Assembly: GCF_902713615.1 (NCBI RefSeq)
Contig: NC_052160.1
Span: forward strand, 137,248,737 to 137,312,736
Source: Scyliorhinus canicula
Lineage: Eukaryota
Length of the DNA stretch: 64,000 nt
Reading direction: 5' to 3'
The notes beneath the pieces are model-generated. The model made no database searches. It was not told the origin of the DNA and saw only the letters and a list, made by a program, of their open reading frames with translations. Both the position numbers and the translations under genes were made by a program. How positions within the stretch are numbered: the first letter of the stretch is position 1; each line of letters starts with the position of its first letter. Shown in pieces: positions 12,320 to 25,800 of this stretch.

Positions 12320-12940
12320 TGTTATAACCTGCCTGCTTCCCACTGGCTGGGGGCTAATAGAACAGTACAGCACAGAACAGGCCCTTCGGCCCTCGATGTT
12401 GTGCCGAGCAATGATCACCCTACTCAAACCCACGTATCCACCCTATACCCGTAACCCAACAACCCCCCCCTTAACCTTACTTTTTTTAGGACACTACGGG
12501 CAATTTATCATGGCCAATCCACCTAACCCGCACATCTTTGGACTGTGGGAGGAAACCGGAGCACCCGGAGGAAACCCACGCACACACGGGGAGGACGTGC
12601 AGACTCCGCACAGACAGTGACCCAGCCGGGAATCGAACCTGGGACCCTGGAGCTGTGAAGCATTTATGCTAACCGCCATGCTACCGTGCTGCCCCTCAAT
12701 GGCAACCCCACAATCCTTTGGGAGTATGAGCTTCCCCAATGAGGGAGGCGGAGAAATCATGAGCAGAGTCCCTGCATAAATAAAGCTGGCCAGTATGGAA
12801 CCAGGCAGAGAGGAGTGAGCAGCAAGGGATTACTGCTGTTGTGTGTATATATATATATATTTATATATATGTAATTGTAAATAAAGTTATTTCTTTCTAT
12901 TCTACAAACTTGTGCTGGATTGATCGTGGCCCTCACAAAA
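12320..12940 (+). mobile_element. Solo LTR with 5-bp TSD GTCAC, containing a SINE
   Basis: Starts TGTTATA, has an internal AATAAA, and GTCAC at 12315-12319 and 12941-12945. Confidence 0.7.
12357..12694 (-). mobile_element. Full-length HE1/V-SINE with CR1-type (TTCTATG) tail
   Basis: tRNA-derived head (GTAGCATGG A-box, GGTTCGATTCC B-box), V core, and a tail shared with the local CR1s. Confidence 0.9.
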
Positions 12941-14112
12941 GTCACGTTAAAATGTGCACCATTAAAACACCTGATATATGTGAGGCCTCTGTCACTTTAG
13001 TTTTCACAGTCGGTGATGGAGATTCTGTCACGAGGATGGGTGTGAGCGCGTTGTCAGCGTAAAGACAGGAGTGTTAAAAGTCAGAACCAATGGGTAATCC
13101 CGACCCAGGCTAAGTTTTATCATTAAATGTCGGGTGAGTTAGAACAGCCCCCCCTCCCCCTCCCATTGTCAGCATTCCATGAACCTCTCCGTAAAACAAG
13201 TTTTCTTTTCCTTTTGAGCATTATTTCTCAAATGCTCTCTAAGGTTTATTAATACTTTGTGTTTAGTTGCTTAATCTCATGGTCACATCCACTAATTCTG
13301 TCAGGATGAGGAGATCTGAGCTCCCGGGTGTGCGGTAGATGAATACCCTTTACTCTACTCACCAGATCCACAAACAGGCTGTGAGGCAGATTTCAGGCAG
13401 AAAAGGTTCTCAATTCTCAGAGAGAAGACTCTGGCTGTATGGAAATTGTGAGTGAGTAACTGGGAGGAAGATTCAGTTCCCAGGTGAGGATAGGTGTGCT
13501 CATCGCCTCATGGTATTGAGTTGTGTATTTCCCGTGACATAGTTGGTGGTGAGTGAGCCTGGTGAATAACACATTGTTTACACGTTGATCTTAATTTAAC
13601 ACTCAGGAAGCGGGTGTGCGGCGGTCCTGATCACCGTTGGAGTGGCCGGCGGTGATGTTAGGTGGGTGACATCATCGCGTCATCTCACATTACCTTGTTT
13701 GGCAGGTACACGCAGAAGTTGGAAGATTATCGACAATAATTAAAGGGATTCAGAGACAATGTTGTGAACTCCCAGGGCAACTCCCTCACAACAGTATTCT
13801 GCTGTGCCACCACCTAACCGTAACCTAACACGAGGTTGGTTTCAACTTTCCCAATCAGCATTGATGGATGAGAAGCCAGCAGAGTTACTCAGTGCCACAC
13901 CCATCTGTTCCAACCTGGCACGTTGTAAGTGCTGTTCAAACCAAACCACAAAGGGAAATTTAGCAAGCTATCACAACTATTTTCTTCATGTATTTTACCC
14001 CGGAAAGGCACATTACTGAAGGCAGGAGCTGCAAATTCCAGGATCTCATTTTGGGGTTTTAAATACTAATTTGCTACATTTATTAACAAAAGAGAAAATA
14101 AACATACATAGT

Positions 14113-14436
14113 GGGCTGGCACAGTGGCACAGTGGTTAGTACTGCTGCCTCACAGCTCTACGGACCCGGGTTCAATTCCAGCCTCGGGTGACTGTCTGTG
14201 TGGAGTCTGCACGTCTTCCCTGTATCTGCGAAGGTTTCCTGCCACAGTCCAAAGAGTTGCAGGTTAGGTGGATTGGCCATGCTAAATTTCCCCTCAGTGT
14301 GCAAAAGGTTATGTGGGGTTACTGGGTTTCGGGGATAGGGTGGAGGTGTCATCTTAAGTGGGGTTGCTCTTTCCAAGGGCTGGTGCAGACTCGATGGGCT
14401 GAATGGTCTCCTTTTGCACTGGGATTCTATGATGAT
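14113..14436 (+). mobile_element. V-SINE
   Basis: tRNA head, V core, ctatgatgatt end. Confidence 0.85.
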
Positions 14437-14469
14437 TACCTTTACCCAGATTGAATTAGTTTTATAGAA

Positions 14470-15200
14470 CACTCCATCAAAGTTTTGTCCAGAAATTACC
14501 TTGTTGGTTAGTCTTTGGAATGTTGTTGGTACATTCTTCATTTCAAACAGCATATTGTTACACTGAAACAGACCACTTGGCACTGCAAAAGCCAAAACTT
14601 CTTCACCCTGTCTGACACAGGTACTTGCCAGTATCCTTTAAGTAATCGAGTTTGGTAATAAAATTTGATTGTCCTGTCTTTTCACCAGTTTTCCAAACGA
14701 GGAATAGGATCTGAGTAACTACATTGACCTTTCTATAGTCTACATGGTTTTGGTACCATCACAATAGGTGAGCTCCAATCACTGAAACTCATGTCAATAA
14801 CATCATCCTTAAGCATGCTTTCAATCTCCTTTTGAACCTGTGCCAACTTTAGTGGATTGAGTCTATAAGATTGTTGCTTAATTGGAATAGAATTTCATGC
14901 AGCTACAACATGTATAATTACTTTTGTACTTCCTAATTTGTTCCCAAGAGAGCATTAGGACTGTAATAACACTTTTAGGTCACTTTGATTATCCTCCGAA
15001 AGATAACTCAGCATTTTATCCCAATTTCATCCTAACTAGATGTTTATAAACATTGTGGTTGGATTAACAGCAGGTACATGAGATCTATTCAAGTATGAAG
15101 GGAAATGAAATCAAACACAGACAGCTGGCTGTGTGGAAACTGTCAATCACAGCCTTGTACAAGCAATTTCCCAATGATCTGAATGAAAGCCTTGCAGATC
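14470..15200 (-). mobile_element. Gypsy-type pol (RT) remnant
   Basis: YWQVP..., FAVPSGLFQ...FEMKNVPTTFQRLTNKVI match the Ty3/Gypsy RT motif; stops and frameshifts present. Confidence 0.7.
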
Positions 15201-15232
15201 AAATCCATGAAGGTGTCTAAACACCAGAGATA

Positions 15233-15430
15233 TGGGGCAGGAGCTGGTTTAGCTCACCAAGCTAAATCGCTGGCTTTTAAAGCAGACCAAGCAGGCCAGC
15301 AGCACGGTTCGATTCCCGTACCAGCCTCACCGGACAGGTGCCGGAATGTGGTGACTAGGGGCTTTTCACAGTAACTTCATTGAAGCCTACTCGTGACAAT
15401 AAGCGATTTTCATTTTCATTTTCATTTTCA
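15233..15430 (+). mobile_element. Short tRNA-derived SINE with (TTTCA)n tail
   Basis: TTTAGCTCA A-box, GGTTCGATTCCC B-box; 3' block caggtgccggaatgtgg...gtgacaataa is shared with the SINE at 35328. Confidence 0.75.
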
Positions 15431-16925
15431 GGATTCCAACACCAAAATCGCATCCGGCGAAGGGCTTGAGAATCCCCGTTGGTGCTGAAATCGGAGAGGG
15501 GGGGGGGCGCCGCTGCTTATGCAATGCTCCGCCCCATTCAAAGCAATGTACCCGAGGGGTACGCCGCACACCGTCGGGACGGCCTCAGGACGCTACCTGA
15601 GGTGCTTCCCCGATGCTCCGCCCCCGATGAGCCGAGTTCCCAACGACATGGGGCGCATGTGCTATTTATTTTTGGGAACCCAGAGAGGCGCCTGAGGACT
15701 AAGTCCAGCGCTGCCACAGTCAGGTGAGAGCGGTTCTGTGGGCAGGGGTGGCTTTGGCGGGGGCACTGGTGGGGGGTGTTCCGGGGGGTTGAGAGCCTGG
15801 CCAAAGGGGGACATTATTTGGCAGTCCGAGCGCACAACGTGTTGCACGGCGGCATCTACTGCAGGCCGGCACCGTGCACGTGCCCGGCCACGAACCCGGC
15901 TATTCACAGGCCGTATCCGCAGCTAAAGCCGGTGGCACTACGCTACATGCCTGCTAACCCTCCACCAGAGGATCGGTGGAGGTTTTGCGACATCCTTTTG
16001 GGTGTAAAAGGCTACAGTTCCCACGCCGGCGTCAGTACATAGTCTCCCAAATGGAGAATCCAACCCGTGATTTTCACTTTCCAGGAATAAACAGCTGCTG
16101 CTTTGTCTGAGGCAGAGGGCGTAGGGCACAGGTGAGTTATAAAGCAATTACTCTCTCTGTCTGGACTGCCCTCTGGATTCCAGGCAGGGGTCTCGGTTAT
16201 GGGGCGGTCTCTCATGGGGGGTCTTGTGGGTGTGTGGAGGGGGGTCTGGTGGGGGTGAGGTTTTCAGGATTTGCATTATGGGGGAGGGGGCCTCCAATGG
16301 ACCTTTGGGTCACCCACCTTGAAGATTTACCACTTTGGCAGGCGCGAGGCTCGCTGTGCCGAGGCCACACCGTCACTAATCCACACCTACACGAATCCAG
16401 GCCCAGAGGACCGGAGATTTGTGGAGTGGGGGAGAATCCAGTGTCCAGCTGGTTAATAGGATGCCAGTGGGCAGGATTCGTGGACTTTCACGACAGCAAA
16501 ACTGGCGCCGCATCTGGACTGATTCAGTCGGGGCGGGGGAGCGGGGGGGAGCCGTTCCGCTGGCAGGGGGGGGCTTTGGAGGGAGCTGGGAGGACTGTTG
16601 GGGGTGGTCCGATGGGGCGAGGGAGGGGTTACAGGGTCAGCTTTTGGCAGGCCGAGTCCGCGCGCGGCTGTTGCCATATTGTACGGCGCGGCCGCCACAG
16701 GCAGCCGCCGTGCGCATGCGAGGCCACGGACCCGGTCATTCTGCAGCCGTATCCGCAGGTAGAGCCGGGGCTTTATCTGGCGCGGTTGCTGGCCCCACAC
16801 CGGGTGGAGGACCGGTGCGGGGGCCGGCGCCAACATTTTGGTCGTAAGACCAGACGGATCCTGCGGGCATAGCCGCAGAATCGGAGAATTCAGCCCAGAC
16901 TCTCAGGAACGGAGATTCCAGGCCC
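15431..16925. mobile_element. Cluster of GC-rich GGATTCTCC...GGAGAATCC-type MITEs
   Basis: Family termini at ~15431/16067 and ~16467/16893-16923. Related copies at ~32603, 33325, 37106 and 38129. Confidence 0.55.
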
Positions 16926-17721
16926 AAGTCTTTTTTTTTTTACATTGATTACCAACCATTAACTTATTTAAGGAGTTAATGAATTGTGCTTAAACCGAGT
17001 TTCTGTTCATTTATGGCGGAATTCTTGTTGCATTCTATAAAAAAACAATCTTTTCAACCATTAAAACCAATAAGAAAATCAGGGCTGGGATTCTCAGGTC
17101 GTTGGGATTCTCCGTTCCTGCCGTCAGCACAATCCCGCCAGTAAGTTTCCTGGCGGCGTCAATGGAAAATCCAATGGGAAATTACACGACTATTCGGCTA
17201 CAGCGTACTTCACTCTCCCGCTCATGAGAAAACGGACAAATCCTCTTGGAGTCACAAACAAGGCCTTTATTGCAAGCTATAGGATAGGCAGATGGCATTC
17301 CAAGCTAGAGAGCACTGATTGAAGGATTGTACAGGCAGTTATACTTCAGATTCAGTCACAAGAAATTTGCAAATAACAATCATTTGCCATTAGTAATCTA
17401 TTTACAATAATGACTATCAATTAGGTTTACATCATTCATAGCATGTGAGAGCAATTAACCAATTACAAGTGAACACTTACTGAATTATAATATTCAATCA
17501 GTGCAAAGGCACGTGCATGTTGTCTTACAAATATTTATATCGGTGGTCCGTTATCTGGCTTGTGCCTATCAATCACTCTCCCTGTCAGGTAACTCTGCTG
17601 TTTAGTGGCTCCTCTCGAGGTATGGATGCAACAATAGAGATGTAGCTCTATGTTAATCTCGCCTCCCTTCCATTACCTCCACACATTCTGGCACCAGAGC
17701 AAATGGTAGAAGATCCCAAAT

Positions 17722-18333
17722 TGTTATTAAAGACCTAGAGAACCCCAAAGTATATCATGGAGTTCACCTGACCCACAACTTTGAATAGATTGTGGTATGG
17801 GGAGCACACAGCCCACTCTACAGGTGTGGTACAGCAGAAATGGAAAAGTATTTTTTAAAGCAAAACAATGTTTATTCTGTGAACTCAAGTTAAACTTTTT
17901 AAAGCATACAGTGAACATCTTAGCAACCATCAATTCAAATACAACCCCCAAAGACTACAACACTAAGTAACTTCCCAAACAACATCCAGAAGACAGAAGA
18001 AACACCTTTGAACAGAAGCACATCAGGTTTACATTCACTACTGAGAACATTTATAATTCTGAATTCACCAAATGATCAAGAGATAGTCTTTTGATGGCAG
18101 AGAGAACAGCAGTACACCTGCTTGGTCTGGCTTCAGCTCCAACACTGAAATCGAAACTAAAACACACCCTGAAGCCTGCTCAAAATGAAAGTAGCTGATA
18201 GACAGCCCAGCTCCACCCACTCTGACATCACTGCAGTAGTAAACACCCGTTTCTTAAAGAAACTCTCACTCCAGATATTTATGTACACACCCATTGATAA
18301 ACACGCATTTCTTAAAGGTACTCTCACATGACT
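17722..18333 (-). mobile_element. Solo LTR
   Basis: TGTTATT...CATGAC(T) termini, near-perfect 5-bp TSD (CAAAT/CAAGT), internal repeated aaaggtactctcac-like blocks. Confidence 0.55.
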
Positions 18334-19044
18334 CAAGTTAGGTGATGTGGCTAAAATCCTGTTGCCCCCGGGGGCTTGAGATGTCCCGTCTCTAAAGCAC
18401 TTATTAGGGACATGCTGAGAGACTGGCTTTGGCCTTTTCGGTGCACCACAGCCTGGGGATGAGACAACTTTGGTTCTTTGGTTACTATCCTGATGTGTTG
18501 TGTGGTGTGAATGTAACACCCCGTAGAACTGGGGATTCCAGGTATTTTCTTTGTTTTTGTTTGTAAGGGTAGGTACAAAGATTCCGTGATGGTTCCTGCA
18601 TGTGGGCAGACGGGTTTGCTATCCGAGGAGAGGAGGCTGTGATGTGTCATAGGCTGGGAATAGAGGGATACGGACCCCGGAAGTGCAGAAGATTTTAGTT
18701 GAGACCTGCAGCATGGTCGGCGCAGGCTTGGAGGGCCGAAGGGCCTGTTCCTGTGCCGTACTTTTCTTTGTTCTTTGTCATTGATGTTCTTGTTGCTGCT
18801 CGAGTTGAGGGAGAAACATATTGGTGCGTGATCGAACATGGCGCAGATAATTTATCCTGAACTCCCGCGGTAATTGTGAGCAGGCGCAGTGTGGGAACGT
18901 GCGCACCATTTTCCATCTTTTCATGGCCTCATCCTGTTTCTCTCTTGGTCTTTGGTTGGGCTACAGAGAGACCTAGCTATGTCCAATGATTATATCCAGC
19001 CAGTTATCATGTTGTTCTCCTGTCGTTGGGGCATTTCCTTTCTT

Positions 19045-19375
19045 TGCTTATGGCGGTCTAACTTTTGTAATTGTTTTGCAGAAGGACGCCATTCGGCCCA
19101 TCAGGTTTGTACCGAACCTCCGAAAGATCCACCCTACCTGGGCCCACTCCCCCGCCCTATCACTAACCCCAGCTAACCACTGAGGGGCAATTTAGCATGG
19201 TCAATCCACCTAACCTGCACACCTTTGGACTGTGGGGGAAACCGGGGCACCCGGAAGAAACCCACGCAGACACGGGGAGAGCGTGCAGACTCTGCAGAGA
19301 CAGGCAAGGCTGGAATTGAACCCGGGTTCCAGGCGCCGTGAGGCAGCAGTGATAACCACTGTGCCATTGTGCATG
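19045..19375 (-). mobile_element. V-SINE
   Basis: Reverse-strand tRNA head and V core. Confidence 0.8.
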
Positions 19376-19684
19376 TTGTTTGCTAATATGTACAACCTTA
19401 ATAAACAAGCTTAAAGAAAATTGTTCAAATGTTCAAAACTGGATGAGTAATGAATCTTTGATCAGGAGGCAAAATTCCATCAATGTCGATGCAAGCCCAG
19501 AATCGTCATTTCCCCACATTGGATAAGCTGTGAGAACCGGAATCATTGAGTGGCTGGAAAAGACAAACATCAGAATCATTGAGAATGAGAACGATGAATC
19601 AATTGACATTTCAGTTTTGAACAGAATTCTGCAAATGGCAACAAATTGAGACAAAGCTTCTGAAGAAGTGGAGCAGTTTCAGGA

Positions 19685-19810
19685 TCACTCTGTCCCCCCA
19701 TTGCATGTGTGCTGGGAAAATCTCTCATTTGTGTCCTTCTGGAAAACATGGAACTTTATTTTCTCACAGGTAACTAATGTTTCCCTGCAGCTGTGATTCT
19801 GGACAGTTGA
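19685..19810 (-). CDS. Gene B putative terminal exon, 41-aa cytoplasmic tail without tyrosine
   Basis: tatttctccag| acceptor in phase 0, open to TGA ([13 protein letters not shown]...CNGGTE*). Homologous sequence follows the gene C TM exon at ~57066-57314. The region could instead be UTR or intron. Confidence 0.5.
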   Translation of the reverse strand, partial: STVQNHSCRETLVTCEKIKFHVFQKDTNERFSQHTCNGGTE

Positions 19811-22800
19811 CTGGAGAAATACGTTGTTACGTCTGTGTTAGTAAATAGGGGTACAGGGTGGATACGTGGGTTTGAGTAGGGTGATCATTGCTCGGCACAA
19901 CATCGAGGGCCGAAGGGCCTGTTCTGTGCTGTACTGTTCTATGTTAACAATACTATTGGGTCTCAGCCTCTTGATGCAGTCTGCAAAAGTCTAGGTCCCC
20001 TTGTGTTCTTGTCCAAAAACAATCAGCCCTGTCGCTGTTTTTTAACCTTTCCCATTTCCTTCCTTTTTCTTGTATCGACAATTTAATAAGATTGGATTAC
20101 ACCAGGGGTGGGCAAACTTTTCCGTGCAAGGGCCACATTCAGAAATTCACAATTCACAAAGGGCCGCATAGTATATTAAGTAAAATAATTAATTCACCCG
20201 GTTATGATTCTGGGCGCCTCATATAGAACATAGAACAGCACAGAACAGGCCTTCGGCCCTCGACGTTGTGCCGAGCAATGATCACCCTACTCAAGTCAAC
20301 GTATCCACCCTATACCAGTAAGTAACCCAACAGCCCCCCCGCATTAACCTTAAAAAAAAATTTAAAAAAAAAAAAAAGAAATTTTAAAAAAAAATTTTTT
20401 TTTTTTTTTTTAATGACTTGGTGGGCCGCAGAAATACCTTTGGCGGGCCGCATGCGGCCCGCGGGCCGTAGTTTGCCCACCCCTGGATTACACGATGGAA
20501 GGGTTCTATAAAGGATAGTTACACATAACCATAGCAACAGGAGTAGCTCATTCATCCCCTCGAGACTCTTGCACCTTTCAATTGGATAAGATTGGGTTTA
20601 TCTGTTATTCCACTCCTATTTCTGCTCACCAATCCATATCCTTTGATATCCTTACCTAAGTTTAATTGGCCCAGCATCCAATCCTCAAGGCTAAATATGA
20701 AATGTTCTGAAAGGGCAAGAACCCTTTTGGAAATCCTCAGCAACAACAGCTTTAGCTGGAGAGGTTAGAAGTTGCAATCTGGACACGTGACCTAAAACGC
20801 AGCGAGAATGAAACCTTGAGGGGAGAGAGGTCGGGTCGGACGGAGGCAGGCCACAATCTGGAGAAGGTACCACAGAGGCTGTACCACAAGGTTCAAGTAA
20901 AGGAGGCCCTGGTATGGAGACTGGAGGGGCAGTGGGCACAACGTAAACACAGATCGACAGCCTTGGGCAACAACTAAAGAGGCTGGAAACTGGACTTGAA
21001 CGAAGCCATGTTTTTATGAAGGTCAAGAAGTATTGCAAGGAACTATACCCCAGTGAGAAGCGGATACCTGGCATCGTATTAGCACAGACACAACCGGTCT
21101 CCCACACCGTTCAAACTCAGGATGATTTTTGGTGGAGAGGAAATGCTGACCAATTTTTAGCAACTAGAACTAGTTTGCCAGAGGCAGAGTCTGCAACAAA
21201 CTGTGCCAAGTGTAGACCGAGACATTCCTGAAAACCTGACAGTACCAGAAACAACTGTTGGTGTCAATACCCCAGTTACAGACACCAACAGTGTCAACTT
21301 GCAAACACAACATCATCTCTGGTTGAGACACTTACGGAGGACGTCGAAACGACACCAAGAACACCAGAGGTTGCAGCCAACATAAAAACACAGATGCCCG
21401 GGACTTGCCAACAACCACACAGAAATCCATGTCCTCCAAAACATTTAACTTATTGGCTGTTGCATTTGTTAATTGTTCACTTTGTAAGTTTTGATTGTTA
21501 ATCTTGTATTGTGTTTCATTGCAGAAACCTCTGTTGTAGGTTTGGTCCATTGATGATTGTTCCTAGGTCAACCACGTGACGTATGGATGACATTATCAAC
21601 AGTTTGGACGGGCTAACCGTCAGTCGATTCTAGCAGCCTGTGTGACAACACCTTTCCAATAAAGCTCTTATTTGTTTTCACCTTCGTGGTCTCCAAAAGT
21701 ATCCTTTAAAAAATACCACAGTTTACATCAATGCAAGATTTTCTTCCCAATATCCAGGGCCGGCTCAAGGTACCGGCAACTCGGGCAGTCGCCCGGGGCG
21801 CCATGTGCTAGGGGGCGCTAGGAACCCTTTATAAATGTTCAGTCATTTCTGTGAATTGCTGGTACAGCGAGATTTCTTTAGTGACTTTTGATCAAGTCCT
21901 CAACGGGAAGGGAAGACGCATATTTGCTTTGATGTCTGCCGAGATAGTGAAGCAAGCATGGTTCTACATTTGGGTTCACATATGGAGGGGGGGGGGGGGG
22001 GCATTGGTAAACACAACCAGCGGGCCTGCTGCTGGGGCCACAGGGCTGCCCCGCCGCCGAGGCCAACAATCACGAGTTCGCTTCAGACGTCCTTTTGCAG
22101 CCGCGAAAAGGGAAAAGTCTGACATCTGGTTAAAGTTACTGAATGTGCAGCACATGCATCTGAGGGAGAAAGTTTAAAAATGATACTTGTAAGGGCGCCG
22201 AAGTTCAGCTTGCCCGGGGCGCCAGCAACCCTAGGGCCGGCGCTGCCAATATCTGTGGTCAATGCATTTGGAATAATTGATGGAGGGTTTACAAAGCGTT
22301 CAGAATGATTCTTGTAAAGTCCGTAATGCTCACCTTAGATTTTCCCGCACACCATGTGACTGAAACAGCACAAATCACCAGCAGAGTAAAGAGCCCCCAG
22401 CGGATCACATCCCAGATAATGTAACTGAGGAAAACGGAAAAATTACATTATTTGCAGGAAATGCGACTACTTCACGTTTGAAACATAAATCTCCTGTTTC
22501 CACTGTGACCTTAGTGTATTGCAGCAACGTAAAGCAGCAGAGACAAGGCACATCCACTGGAAAAATAAAATAACGTTTTACTGAAAAACCTCATGATTAT
22601 TAGATAAAGATTAAAGGGAACAAATTTTATAATATTTCCACAGCATATCTCTCATGCTAAGTAAAATCTTAGAAAGAATTTTATAAATTGGCTGGTCATT
22701 GGAACGGATGCACTATCTGGTGCAATATAGCAATGGTGACGTATCTGTTCAGTGAGTAAGGAACTCAGAATAACACCATCTAACACTGTTTCGAAGTACA

Positions 22801-25800
22801 GTCATGTTCAATTCAATGTTAACTCTGCTCCTCTCTTGACAGATGCTGCCAGTGTGATTAATGTAGGAATTTCAGATGGATTTTATTGTATGTATTTGGG
22901 GCAATAAGTGTTAAACTCTGCGTTAGCAGTCTGCAGTGTGTGACTGCTGCAGTCACGTTTTCACACATAGCCTAGTTTGAAAGGCAAATATCTTTTGGGA
23001 GCCAGTGGTGCAGTCAAACCATCATAAAAAGCTTGGGCTGCTAGAATTTTGTTTTAATTAAGGGGATTCCCTGTGGACTTAATTAGATTCCAGCTTGGCA
23101 AGATGATGTCATTGCTGAGTGGAGCTAAGGCACTGGGCATTTTGCAAACGGCGGGTCAGTTCTGATTTGAATGAAGCTGTGTCCAGAAGTGAAGCAGTTT
23201 TCTCTCACTGCAGATCAGTTAAAAAATATTAACAGTCTTTAAAGCAGTGCAGACTTGATTGAGAACAATGGGGGAGCTGGAACAAGCTGAGAAACAGCTT
23301 CTGACGAAATACAGCCAGGGTTTCTGCATGGGTCTGACAGGACATAGAACATAGAACATAGAACATAGAACACTACAGCGCAGTACGGGCCCTTCGGCCC
23401 TCGATGTTGCGCCGACCTGTGAAACCATCTGAAGCCTATCTGACCTACACTATTCCATTTTCATCCATATGTCTATCCAGTGACCACTTAAATGCCCTTA
23501 AAGTTGGCGAGTCTACTACTGTTGCAGGTAGGGCGTTCCACACCCCTACTACTCTCTGAGTAAAGAAACTGCCTCTGACATCTGTCCTATATCTATCACC
23601 CCTCAATTTAAAGCTATGTCCCCTCGTGTTTGTCATCACCATCCAAGGAAAAAGACTCTCACTGTCCACCCTATCTAACCCTCTCTTATATGTCTCTATT
23701 AAGTCACCTCTCAGCCTTCTCCTCTCTAACGAAAACAACCTCAAGTCCCTGAGCCTTTCCTCGTAAGACCTTCCCTCCATACCAGGCAACATCCAAGTAA
23801 ATCTCCTCTGAACCCTTTCCAAAGCTTCCACATCCTTCATATAATGTGGTGACCAGAACTGCACGCAGTACTCCAGGTGCGGCCGCACCAGAGTTATGTA
23901 CAGCTGCAGCATGACCTTGTGGCTCCGAAACTCAATCCCCCTGCTGATAAAGGCTAGCACACCATATGCCTTCTTAACAGCCCTATTAACCTGGGTGGCA
24001 ACTTTCAGGGATTTATGTACCTGGATGCCGAGATCTCTCTGTTCATCTACACTACCAAGAATCTTGCCATTAGCCCAGTACTCTGCATTCCTGTTACTCC
24101 TTCCAAAGTGAACCACCTCACACTTTCCCGCATTAAACTCCATCTGCCACCTCTCAGCCCAGCTCTGCAGCTTATCTATGTCCCTCTGTATCCTATAACA
24201 TCCTTCAGCACTATCCACAACTCCACCGACCTTCGTGTCATCTGCAAATTTACTAACCTATCCTTCTACACCCTCTTCCAGGTCATTTATAAAAATGACA
24301 AACAGCAGTGGCCCCAAAACAGATCCTTGCGGTACACCACTAGTAACTGAACTCCAGGATGAACATTTGCCATCAACCACCACCCTCTGTCTTCTTTCAG
24401 CTAGCCAATTACTGATCCAAACCGCTAAATCACCTTCAATCCCATACTTCCTTATTTTCTGCAATAGCCTACCATGGGGAACCTTATCAAACGCCTTACT
24501 GAAATCCATATACACCACATCAACCGCTTTACCCTGATCCACCTGTTTGGTCACCTTCTCAAAAAACTCAATAAGGTTTGTGAGGCATGACCTACCCTTC
24601 ACAAAACCGTGTTGACTATCGCTAATCAACTTGTTCTTTTCAAGATGATTATAAACCCTATCTCTTATAACCTTTTCCAACATTTTACCCACAACCGAAG
24701 TAAGGCTCACAGGTCTATAATTACCAGGGTTGTCTCTACTCCCCTTCTTGAACAAGGGGACAACATTTGCTATCCTCCAGTCTTCCGGCACTATTCCTGT
24801 CGACAAAGACAACATAAAGATCAAGGACAAAGGCTCTGCAATCTCCACCCTGGCTTCCCAGAGAATCCTAGGATGAATCCCATCTGGCCCATGGGACTTA
24901 TCTATTTTGACATTTTCCAAAATTGCTAACACCTCCTCCTTTTGAACCCCAATTCCATCCAGCCTGGTCGACTGAACCTGAGTATTCTCCTCGACAACAT
25001 TGTCTTTCTCCAGTGTAAACACTGACGAAAAATATCCATTTAACGCTTCCCCTATCTCCTCTGATTCCACACACAACTTTCCACTACTATCCTTGATTGG
25101 CCCTAATCTTACTCTAGTCAGGACATTGAAAACAGCGCGAGAGGTAAGACAGCCAGGACATTGAAAACAGCGCGAGAGGAGAGACAGTCGGGACATTGAA
25201 AACAGCGCGAGAGGTAAGACAGTCGGGACATTGAAAACAGCGCGAGAGGAGAGACAGTCGGGACATTGAAAACAGCGCGAGAGGTAAGACAGCCAGGACA
25301 TTGAAAACAGCGCGAGAGGAGAGACAGCCAGGACATTGAAAAGAGCGCGAGAGGAGAGACAGCCGGGACATTGAAAACAGCGCGAGAGGTAAGACAGTCG
25401 GGACATTGAAAACAGCGCAAGAGGAGAGACAGCCAGGACATTGAAAAGAGCGCGAGAGGAGAGACAGCCGGGACATTGAAAACAGCGCGAGATGTAAGAC
25501 AGTCGGGACATTGAAAACAGCGCGAGAGGTAAGACAGCCAGGACATTGAAAACAGCGCGAGAGGAGAGACAGCCAGGACATTGAAAAGAGCGCGAGAGGA
25601 GAGACAGTCGGGACATTGAAAACAGCGCGAGAGGTAAGACAGCCAGGACATTGAAAAGAGCGCGAGAGGAGAGACAGCCGGGACATTGAAAACAGCGCGT
25701 GAGGAGAGACAGCCAGGACATTCAAAAGAGCGCGAGAGGAGAGACAGCTGGGACATTGAAAAGAGCGCGAGAGGAGAGACAGTCGGGACATTGAAAACAG

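Noticed and set aside
12560-12694. tRNA-like sequences with A/B boxes (also at 14113, 15233, 35328, 49250, 60401 and others)
   Set aside because: They are SINE heads continuing into a V core and LINE-derived tail; no complete cloverleaf.
13340-13800. Several splice-donor-like motifs (GTGAGT, GTAATG) and mild CpG richness suggesting extra exons
   Set aside because: I could not build an ORF or find a paralogous counterpart; unsupported without transcript data.
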